Shown: positions 7,902 to 15,552 of the stretch, piece after piece
Numbering within the stretch: position 1 is the first letter of the stretch
Layout of the letters: every line of letters starts with the position of its first letter
Source of the DNA: an archaeon
GTDB taxonomy: Archaea; Nanobdellota; Nanobdellia; Woesearchaeales; GW2011-AR9
Length of the DNA stretch: 46,773 bases
Direction of reading: 5' to 3'
Assembly: GCA_002686315.1 (NCBI GenBank)
Contig: NZBO01000003.1
Location: 1 to 46,773, forward strand
Position numbers and translations under genes: made by a program
Notes under the pieces: model-generated
The model's input: the letters and a program-made list of their open reading frames with translations, nothing else
Databases searched by the model: none
What the model was told of the DNA's origin: nothing

Positions 7902-9080
7902 CTACTTAATTCTTTTTAATGCTGGAACAAACGCGAGCAGAACTACAAACAGTGAGCCAGCTGTTACCATAAAACCTAACCTATACGAAACATTCATCAC
8001 ATAACCAATTGAAAACGCAACCACAAATTGGAATATTGTTTGAATTTGATTTGCAACAGATACCATTGTTGCCTTATAGCGAGCATCTGTTATGCATGAT
8101 GCGAAAAAATGATTTATTATTATTTGTCGTCGTCCCCAAAAATATCCGGTAATCAGTGCGAAAATTGTTCCTACAATGTATGGATTTGTGAAAAGAGTTG
8201 TCAATAAAAATAAACTAGGGAATATAATCACATCCCATTGTAAAAGTCGCTTGACACCAATTTTCTCTTCTAAGACATGTGCGTTGTGCCCAATCAAAAA
8301 CCAGAATACTCGTGATAATGACATGACGAGACCTACATAAATTATGGGTAAACCTAATACTTCTAAATATGGGACACGGAACGGACCAACACCAAACATG
8401 TATCCACCAAGAATACCAATAAAGATTGCAATCATGTAAAAACCAGGTTTTGCAGCGCGATGTATCGTTTTGATAAGATTTGAGAACTTTTCAGGTGCTG
8501 CCGCAAATTGCTGTGGCGGCGGTGTTAATGACAAAACAACAAATAAGCCCATAATATCAAACACTATGTTGATTATAAGTGGTATTTTTATTGATATGGT
8601 TGTTGTGAATGGAAGGAGGGCAACAAGAATTGCACTTACAATGGAAACATTCGCTAATAGTTTACTCATAACTTTGGTATATTCTTTCTCTCTTCGTAAT
8701 GCTGTTAACGTGTTGTGCATAAAGGCAGATCCCGTCCCTGAATGGAAGGAAAATCCAACACTCATCAAGACTGAACCCACGATAAACAAAGGTAATGAAT
8801 TTGCGAGTACAAAAGCGACTAAACCTAATGTCATCAATATTTTTTCAATCACAAGCGTTTTTTTGTGACCTATGCGGTCTGCGATATATCCACTTGGAAT
8901 TTCAAAGAGGAATGATGCGAGGTATCCAAGGCCAGCGTAGATCCCAATTTGATGTGCTGTCGTATTTGGAAGTGTCAAAAAATAAATCGCAAGAATAGGG
9001 ATGAAATGACGCCGATGACTTATTTCGTAGAGAAGATACTTCCAAATGTTAGATTCAAGTTGCTTTCTTGTTGCGTCCAT
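7902..9080 (-). CDS. MFS transporter
   Basis: About 12 hydrophobic segments and GYIADRIGHKKT (MFS motif A-like). The ORF track starts at 9137. I prefer ATG 9080 (MDATRKQ...), 26 nt from the shared TATA box at 9107-9115, but the 9137 start remains possible. Confidence 0.8.
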   Translation of the reverse strand: MDATRKQLESNIWKYLLYEISHRRHFIPILAIYFLTLPNTTAHQIGIYAGLGYLASFLFEIPSGYIADRIGHKKTLVIEKILMTLGLVAFVLANSLPLFIVGSVLMSVGFSFHSGTGSAFMHNTLTALRREKEYTKVMSKLLANVSIVSAILVALLPFTTTISIKIPLIINIVFDIMGLFVVLSLTPPPQQFAAAPEKFSNLIKTIHRAAKPGFYMIAIFIGILGGYMFGVGPFRVPYLEVLGLPIIYVGLVMSLSRVFWFLIGHNAHVLEEKIGVKRLLQWDVIIFPSLFLLTTLFTNPYIVGTIFALITGYFWGRRQIIINHFFASCITDARYKATMVSVANQIQTIFQFVVAFSIGYVMNVSYRLGFMVTAGSLFVVLLAFVPALKRIK

Positions 9081-9106
9081 CGTTACTAGCATACCATACT
9101 CGATAA

Positions 9107-9115
9107 TTTTATAAA
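9107..9115. promoter_or_regulatory. Shared near-palindromic TATA box (TTTTATAAA) for divergent leaderless genes
   Basis: 22 nt upstream of ATG 9138 (HIT, + strand) and 26 nt upstream of ATG 9080 (MFS, - strand). Confidence 0.45.
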
Positions 9116-9137
9116 CATTCCTTTGCTTGTTATTCAT

Positions 9138-9989
9138 ATGCCAGACATGCCAGAGATGAGTGAAGAACAGCGAAAAGAGTTAGAGGAGAAACTCAAAAAC
9201 ATGTCGCCTGAAGAAATTGCGGAACTTCAAAAACAGCAATGTATCTTCTGTCAAATTGTGTCTGGGAAAATTCCGTCTAAAACAATTTATGATGATGATA
9301 AAGTTCTCGTAGTACTAGATATCAATCCTGCCACGAAAGGACATCTTCTTGTTATTCCTAAAACACATTATGCTATCATGCCGCAAATACCTGATGAAGA
9401 GTTAGGTCATTATTTTGTGGTGAGTAAATTTTTATCGCAACTACTTTTGAAGAATATGAAAGCGACTGGTACTAATTTGTTCATCGCGAATGGACAAGCG
9501 GCAGGTCAGCGAGCGCAACATTTCATGCTGCATATCATCCCGAGGAAAGATGGTGATGGTATTCTAGATGCAGAAAGTAAATTGATTGAAGCAGATATGG
9601 TCGCGAAAGTGATGGAAGGTGTCAAGCCAAAATTGTTTGAATTACTTGGTGTGAAGGAAGAAGTGCAGACGACATTAGAGAAAGATGAAGATGATGACAT
9701 TGAAGAGGAAACAGATGATTTAAGTGAGGAAGATGATAATTCAGAACCTGGAGAGGAAGATAATGATGAAAAGTCTGAAGATGAAGACCAAGAAACTCAA
9801 GAAAATGATGATTCTGAGGACGGTGTAGAAGATGATGAACAAGACGACTCCGAGGAATCAGAAAAAAATGATGAATCTGACGAAGATGAAGGTACGGAAG
9901 AAGAAGATTCAAACAAGAAACCTACTAAAGACAAACGGAAAGGAGGAGATGACGTGTCATTAGATGACATTGCGAATCTATTTCAATAA
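9138..9989 (+). CDS. HIT-superfamily protein with a degenerate histidine triad and a ~100-aa poly-acidic C-terminal tail
   Basis: CIFCQIVSGK, HLLVIPKTHY and GQRAQHFMLHIIPR (H-x-M-x-H where H-x-H-x-H is expected). The tail is rich in D/E/S. The ORF-track start 9123 overlaps the divergent gene; ATG 9138 fits the TATA spacing. Confidence 0.75.
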   Translation: MPDMPEMSEEQRKELEEKLKNMSPEEIAELQKQQCIFCQIVSGKIPSKTIYDDDKVLVVLDINPATKGHLLVIPKTHYAIMPQIPDEELGHYFVVSKFLSQLLLKNMKATGTNLFIANGQAAGQRAQHFMLHIIPRKDGDGILDAESKLIEADMVAKVMEGVKPKLFELLGVKEEVQTTLEKDEDDDIEEETDDLSEEDDNSEPGEEDNDEKSEDEDQETQENDDSEDGVEDDEQDDSEESEKNDESDEDEGTEEEDSNKKPTKDKRKGGDDVSLDDIANLFQ

Positions 9990-10525
9990 TGAAATGCGAC
10001 TATTGTGACATTGTGGAAGGTATCGGGAAATCACAGATTTTGCATCAAGATAGTGAAATCGTCATCGCCATACGTGATCATGTCATAACACCAGGTCAAA
10101 TTACTGTCTTCCCCAAAAAGCATTACACGATCATGGAACTTGTTCCAAAGAAATTACTTGCAAAATGTGCGGCCATCGCAAATAAGGTGAGTGTTGCCGT
10201 CTTTGATGGTCTCGGAAGTCAAGGAACAAACATTCTTGTGCAAAATGGACTTGGTGCAGGACAGAAAGTACCGCATTTCGGGATTGATATTGTACCAAGA
10301 ATCGAAAATGATGGTGTTAATTTGCAATGGGAACCAACACAGTTAGAAGAAGTGACCATGGATCTGGTATTTAAGGAGTTGAAGAAAGAAGCATCAGAAT
10401 TTGTGAAAAAAGGTCTCGCGGGAAAGGAAGAGAAGGAGATTATCGTGGATGAAGGTGACACGGAAATAGAAGTGGAAGAAGGAAAAGATAATTATTTGTT
10501 AAAGAGTTTGAAACGGATCCCATAA
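9989..10525 (+). CDS. HIT-like protein, histidine triad largely lost
   Basis: CDYCDIVEG, ITVFPKKHY and GQKVPHFGIDIVPR (H-x-G-x-D). The start overlaps the upstream stop by 1 nt (TAATG). Confidence 0.7.
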   Translation: MKCDYCDIVEGIGKSQILHQDSEIVIAIRDHVITPGQITVFPKKHYTIMELVPKKLLAKCAAIANKVSVAVFDGLGSQGTNILVQNGLGAGQKVPHFGIDIVPRIENDGVNLQWEPTQLEEVTMDLVFKELKKEASEFVKKGLAGKEEKEIIVDEGDTEIEVEEGKDNYLLKSLKRIP

Positions 10526-10556
10526 CTTTATAAAACCACATTTCTCTGAAATAAGC

Positions 10557-13016
10557 ATGGATATTAGGTTCTACCCTTACGATTTTACGTACAAAGTTCG
10601 CAATGATACAACCTACATGTACCTCTTTGCGCGAGGTGAGAATGGAGAGAAAATAATTGTGAGACATGAACATCTTCCTGCGTTCTTTGCAACATCTGTG
10701 AATATTAACAAAGTGGAATTTGAAAAGCGACTTGCGACATTACAAATAGATGCAAAAGGCAAGGTTGCGAACGTTCTCAAATATGAAATCGTGAAAAAAG
10801 ACTTGTTAGGGGAAACGAAAGAGTTTTACAAAATAACGGTGAATTATCCAAAAGCTGTTCCACTTCTTGCGAAACAAATTCAAGAATGGGGTATCACGTG
10901 TTACGAGCGTGATATCTTGTTTACACATCGCTACATTCGTGATATGGGTATCGTTCCCATGACGTTAGTGGAAGCAGAAGGAGATTTTATTGACGATACG
11001 TATTGTCGCGTTCCTGTTTTTGCGGCAACATCCGTAAAACAGCTGGAAAAGAAAGCGAGGGAAAAATGGAACGTGCTCGCGATTGATATTGAAACATACG
11101 CTCACTCTAAAGAGATTGACATGATCAAAAATCCAATTTTAATGATTGCATTCTATGGTAACGATTCGAAAGGGACCATCTATAAAAACATTATTACGTG
11201 GAAAGATTGTGGTCATCCTGACGCGGAAGTGCTGAATGATGAGAAAGCGATGTTGGAACGGTTTGTGGATATTCTAAAACAACAGCAACCAGATATTGTC
11301 ACTGGCTATTTCACGGATGGGTTTGATTTTCCCTACATCCAGGAACGTTGTGAGAAATGGGGTGTGAAACTCAACATCGGAATTGATGGATCATCGTTAT
11401 ATGTTCGAAAACGGCAAGGATTCCGTGATTCCGAAGCAAAAATTGCCGGTATGCTGCATTTAGACGTGCTTAAATTTGTGAAAAACATTTTTGGAAAAAA
11501 TATGAAAACTGATTCCTATTCACTGAACTCAGTTGCGAATGAATTGCTTGGCAGCACGAAGCATGACGTCAATTTAGATGAATTGTCTACCGCATGGGAT
11601 AAGGAAGATCAGACAAAATTGAAGACGTTTTGTAATTATAATCTGCAAGATACTAAATTGACATATGAATTATGTGACATGTTACTCTTTGACATGATTG
11701 AATTTGGGAAAATTGTGGGTGTACCTGTCTATGACGTTATTCGTATGAAATTTTCTCGGTTAGTGGAAAGTTATATTTTGAAACGAGCGATGGAATTTAC
11801 CGTTCTTGCACCAAACAAACCAGGTGATGATGAACTTGCACAACGTATGAATGAGTCTATTAAAGGTGGATTTGTCTACCAACCGCAGCCAGGATTATAT
11901 GATGATGTGGTGGTGTTTGATTTCAGATCATTGTATCCTACAATCATTACATCGCATAACATCTCGCCAGAATCATTCAAGAAAGATGGTGCCGCAAAAA
12001 TTGAGGTTCCCGGAATGGAAGGCTATTGGTTTAGTACAACGAAAGCGTTCCTTCCACGCGTTCTGGAAAATCTAATTACCATGCGAATGGAACTTAAAGA
12101 GAAGATTGCAACTGCAACGAAAGCAGGGAAAGATGTCTCGTTCCTTGAAGCTCGTTCATACGCGTACAAAATTCTTGCGAATTCATTCTATGGCTACCTT
12201 GCATTCTACGGTGCGAGGTGGTATAGTATTGAATCGGCAGCATCAACAACAGCGCTTGCACGCCATTACATTCAAGATACGATCGGTAAAGCAGAGACGA
12301 AAGGATTCAAGGTCGTGTATGGAGATACCGATTCCTGCTTCTTTACACTTGACGGGAAAACAGTGGATGACTCTTTACAATTTATGGAATCAATCAATAA
12401 AGATCTTCCCGGGTTAATGGAACTTGAGTTTGAAGGGTATTTCCCTCATGGTATCTTTGTTGCAATGAAAGGAGTGGACAAAGGTGCGAAGAAAAAATAT
12501 GCCCTTATTCGCAAAGATGGTAGTTTGAAAATTACCGGATTTGAAACAGTGCGGCGTAACTGGTCCAAACTTGCGAAAGATGTGCAAGCAGAAGTCTTAC
12601 AATTAGTCTTATCCGGGAAAAAAGATGACGCGATTGTGTACGTGAAAAAAGTTATCCGTGATTTGGAAGAAGGAATAATTGAGAATGAAGTGCTTCTTAT
12701 GCGAACGCAACTTACTCGCGAATTGTCAAAATATAAGGCATTGTCACCGCATGTCATGATCGCGAGAAAATTGGTTGAGAAAGGTGAACCAGTTCATGTT
12801 GGGATGATTATTGAATATGTGGTGGCGAAAGGAAGCGGGTTGGTTCGTGATCGTGCTACGTTATTGCAAGATGTTCCACAAGGCGGGTATGATGCAAATT
12901 ATTATATCACACACCAAATCATCCCTGCTGTCTCCCAAATTTTGGCTGTATTTGGTGTGAGTGAGGATTCACTTCTTGGAAAAGCGGAACAGAAAGGGTT
13001 GGGTTCATTTTTCTGA
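10557..13016 (+). CDS. polB: Family B DNA polymerase
   Basis: Exonuclease motif DIETY. Polymerase motifs DFRSLYPTII, KILANSFYGY and YGDTDS. C-terminal PIP box QKGLGSFF. TATA 10527-10535 lies 21 nt upstream. Confidence 0.95.
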   Translation: MDIRFYPYDFTYKVRNDTTYMYLFARGENGEKIIVRHEHLPAFFATSVNINKVEFEKRLATLQIDAKGKVANVLKYEIVKKDLLGETKEFYKITVNYPKAVPLLAKQIQEWGITCYERDILFTHRYIRDMGIVPMTLVEAEGDFIDDTYCRVPVFAATSVKQLEKKAREKWNVLAIDIETYAHSKEIDMIKNPILMIAFYGNDSKGTIYKNIITWKDCGHPDAEVLNDEKAMLERFVDILKQQQPDIVTGYFTDGFDFPYIQERCEKWGVKLNIGIDGSSLYVRKRQGFRDSEAKIAGMLHLDVLKFVKNIFGKNMKTDSYSLNSVANELLGSTKHDVNLDELSTAWDKEDQTKLKTFCNYNLQDTKLTYELCDMLLFDMIEFGKIVGVPVYDVIRMKFSRLVESYILKRAMEFTVLAPNKPGDDELAQRMNESIKGGFVYQPQPGLYDDVVVFDFRSLYPTIITSHNISPESFKKDGAAKIEVPGMEGYWFSTTKAFLPRVLENLITMRMELKEKIATATKAGKDVSFLEARSYAYKILANSFYGYLAFYGARWYSIESAASTTALARHYIQDTIGKAETKGFKVVYGDTDSCFFTLDGKTVDDSLQFMESINKDLPGLMELEFEGYFPHGIFVAMKGVDKGAKKKYALIRKDGSLKITGFETVRRNWSKLAKDVQAEVLQLVLSGKKDDAIVYVKKVIRDLEEGIIENEVLLMRTQLTRELSKYKALSPHVMIARKLVEKGEPVHVGMIIEYVVAKGSGLVRDRATLLQDVPQGGYDANYYITHQIIPAVSQILAVFGVSEDSLLGKAEQKGLGSFF

Positions 13017-13055
13017 TTCATAAGGCTTATAAACTAGTTCCTTCTAAGTAGTAGT

Positions 13056-13940
13056 ATGGGAATATTTACAACAGCACCATTTATATTTGAGCTTTTACTA
13101 CTATTTTTTATCGTCATCTTTTTTCTTGGAATTAGAATAATTCGGCCGACGCAGCGAGGTGTTAAAGAACGACTTGGAAAATATAACAAATTCTGTCGTC
13201 CCGGATTTAATTGGATCATTCCTATCGTCGATAAGATGTATAAAATCAACATTACGGAGCAGATGATTGATGCAGAACCACAGGAAATTATTACGAACGA
13301 TAATTTGAATGCACGTGTTGATGCACAGGTCTATTTTCGAGTTAAACCTGATGAAGCGAATGTCAAAGGATCACTTTATAATGTGAATGATTACGAGTTT
13401 CAGATAGTTAATTTAGCACGAACCACGCTACGTAATATTATTGGAACCTTAACCTTAAAATCAGCGAACAGTGAACGGGATAAAATTAACGGTGAGTTAA
13501 TGGTAACCTTGAAGAAGGAAACACACAACTGGGGTCTTGAGGTTGTTCGGACAGAGTTGAAAGAAATCGACCCGCCAAAAGATGTGCAGGATACCATGAA
13601 TAAAGTTGTGAAGGCTGAGAATGAGAAAATTGCCGCAACAGATTATGCAACCGCTACCGAGATTGAGGCAGATGGTGTCAGACGAGCAAAGATCAAAGAA
13701 GCGGAAGGGTTCAAGCAAGCTGAGATCTTAAAAGCGCAAGGTCAAGCGCAAGCAATTAAACTTGTGAATGAAGCAGCAGATAAATATTTTAAAGGTAATG
13801 CAAAAGAGCTTAAAAAACTTGAAACGGTGGAAGCGTCACTTATGCATAACGCGAAAATAGTCTTACCATCAGACTCAGAGTTAGTAAACGTTATCGGCGA
13901 TTTGGCTGGTGTTCTTCCTTTGAAGAAAGGGAAGAGGTAA
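13056..13940 (+). CDS. SPFH/band 7 (stomatin/prohibitin-like) membrane protein
   Basis: N-terminal TM segment, then a typical PHB-domain sequence (RPTQRGVKERLGKY..., NLARTTLRNIIG, GLEVVRTELKEIDPP) and an Ala/Gln/Lys-rich helical tail. Confidence 0.85.
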   Translation: MGIFTTAPFIFELLLLFFIVIFFLGIRIIRPTQRGVKERLGKYNKFCRPGFNWIIPIVDKMYKINITEQMIDAEPQEIITNDNLNARVDAQVYFRVKPDEANVKGSLYNVNDYEFQIVNLARTTLRNIIGTLTLKSANSERDKINGELMVTLKKETHNWGLEVVRTELKEIDPPKDVQDTMNKVVKAENEKIAATDYATATEIEADGVRRAKIKEAEGFKQAEILKAQGQAQAIKLVNEAADKYFKGNAKELKKLETVEASLMHNAKIVLPSDSELVNVIGDLAGVLPLKKGKR

Positions 13941-13960
13941 TTTCTTCTTTTTTTCTTTTT
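13941..13960 (+). terminator. Oligo-T tract immediately after the SPFH stop codon
   Basis: TTTCTTCTTTTTTTCTTTTT. Archaeal terminators are typically T-runs. A similar tract follows the stop at 26051 (26052-26067). Confidence 0.35.
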
Positions 13961-13999
13961 AAAGATAGATTTATATAGATTCGCCATGCATTGAGTATT

Positions 14000-14824
14000 A
14001 TGGATATAGGCGGACAAGCGGTAATTGAAGGCGTCATGATGCGGAATAAAGAAAAATTCGCTGTTGCAGTTCGGTTACCTGACGGCAAAATTAAAATCAA
14101 GAAAGAGAAAAGCACCATTTTCCCCAAATTCTTAAACATTCCATTTCTACGTGGTTTTATCGGCTTAGGATATATGATGTATGATGGTATTCGAGCACTT
14201 GTATGGAGTTCCAACCAGAATTTGGGTGAGGAAGAGAAATTAAGTAAGAAAGAAATCGTGTTTACTGTAACATTATCATTGCTTGCTTCTGTCATATTTT
14301 TTGTGGTGATACCCTTCTTTTCTGCACGCTGGATTCAATCTGAAGGAGTTTTGTTTGATGTTCTTGACGGAGTTTTCCGTGTGGTATTACTCTTAGTGTA
14401 TCTTGTTGGTATCTCGTTCATGAGTGATGTAAAGAAATTATTTCAGTACCATGGTGCGGAGCACAAAGCAATTTATTGCTATGAATCAGGTAAGAAGTTA
14501 ACAGTGGACAATGTCGCGACATTCTCACGGTTCCATCCACGATGCGGAACAACATTCCTTTTCTTACTTGTGTTCCTCTCAATCGTTATTTTCACCTTCA
14601 TTCAAGGGCCGTTATGGATTAAGTTAGGTGGTCGCATCTTGTTATTACCAGTGATTTCAGGCATCGGCTATGAGATCATTAAGTTGGGTGGGAAGTTCCA
14701 CCATACGCTTTTTTTTAGGGTATTACTCGCACCTGGTCTTTGGTTGCAACGTATCACAACCAGGGAACCAACCAAAAAGCAACTGGAAGTTGGTATTGCG
14801 TCACTCAAAGCTGTTGTTGACTAA
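14000..14824 (+). CDS. DUF1385-family membrane protein
   Basis: GGQAVIEGVMMR near the N-terminus and YHGAEHKAI, both hallmarks of DUF1385. The ORF track uses TTG 13991; ATG 14000 lies 22 nt after TATA 13970-13977. Confidence 0.75.
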   Translation: MDIGGQAVIEGVMMRNKEKFAVAVRLPDGKIKIKKEKSTIFPKFLNIPFLRGFIGLGYMMYDGIRALVWSSNQNLGEEEKLSKKEIVFTVTLSLLASVIFFVVIPFFSARWIQSEGVLFDVLDGVFRVVLLLVYLVGISFMSDVKKLFQYHGAEHKAIYCYESGKKLTVDNVATFSRFHPRCGTTFLFLLVFLSIVIFTFIQGPLWIKLGGRILLLPVISGIGYEIIKLGGKFHHTLFFRVLLAPGLWLQRITTREPTKKQLEVGIASLKAVVD

Positions 14825-14901
14825 TAGCGAAATGTGTCAACGCTCGTTACTACTTTCTGTGACAAGGCATGTTTATATAATTCGTTCTTTTCATTTTATG
14901 G

Positions 14902-15552
14902 GTGGTTGATCTAAATTTATCTGAGGAGATTTCTCACGCAGCGAGGGAGTATAGATTTTGTGCTGTTGTAGGTGCAACATATCGTGAAGGAATGCTAGGT
15001 ACAACTAAATCAGTTATTGGATTGCGAGAAAGATGTCGGTTTTTAGGGAGACGTGTAACTGTTGATACGGGTGCTGTTTGCTTAGACGTTTATAGTTCTC
15101 CAAAGGAAGAATTAAGGTTTCTGGTTAGGACTGGGTTGCACGATGCGACATTATTACACGATGCCGTAACAAATATTCGACGAGAAGGAAATTTAGATGA
15201 ATCAACACTTCAAATCCTCCTTTTAGCGTATCAACAAGGGACAAAACCGTGGAATGGACAGCGACTTCGTCGCATAATCGCAAGAACATCGAATGGAAGA
15301 AGTTCTATGGAATCGAAATTAAGTGAAGAATACCTTCGAAATACCAGACGAATTAAATCAGCTGTTGGATTTGCCTACGTTCACGCATTGCTGGAAGCTG
15401 AGCTTGGCGATGAAGGATTTGTTATAGAGCATGCTGATCATGGAAATTTTTTCTCACCCTTTGTGGTAGCGGGAAGAGAACACCGTTTTAATGCGTTTCT
15501 TAATAGATATAAACCTCCTAAAAGACAACAACGTCTTACGAACGCTACATAA
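14902..15552 (+). CDS. Hypothetical Arg-rich protein (216 aa), GTG start
   Basis: TATA TTTATATAA (14872-14880) lies 21 nt upstream of GTG 14902. No recognisable domain. The 3' end overlaps the rad50 3' end by 8 nt. Confidence 0.45.
   Translation: MVDLNLSEEISHAAREYRFCAVVGATYREGMLGTTKSVIGLRERCRFLGRRVTVDTGAVCLDVYSSPKEELRFLVRTGLHDATLLHDAVTNIRREGNLDESTLQILLLAYQQGTKPWNGQRLRRIIARTSNGRSSMESKLSEEYLRNTRRIKSAVGFAYVHALLEAELGDEGFVIEHADHGNFFSPFVVAGREHRFNAFLNRYKPPKRQQRLTNAT

Noticed and set aside
9680-9950. Repetitive-looking GAA/GAT-rich DNA as a tandem repeat or array
   Set aside because: There is no exact nucleotide periodicity. It is simply the coding sequence of the poly-acidic low-complexity tail of HIT1.
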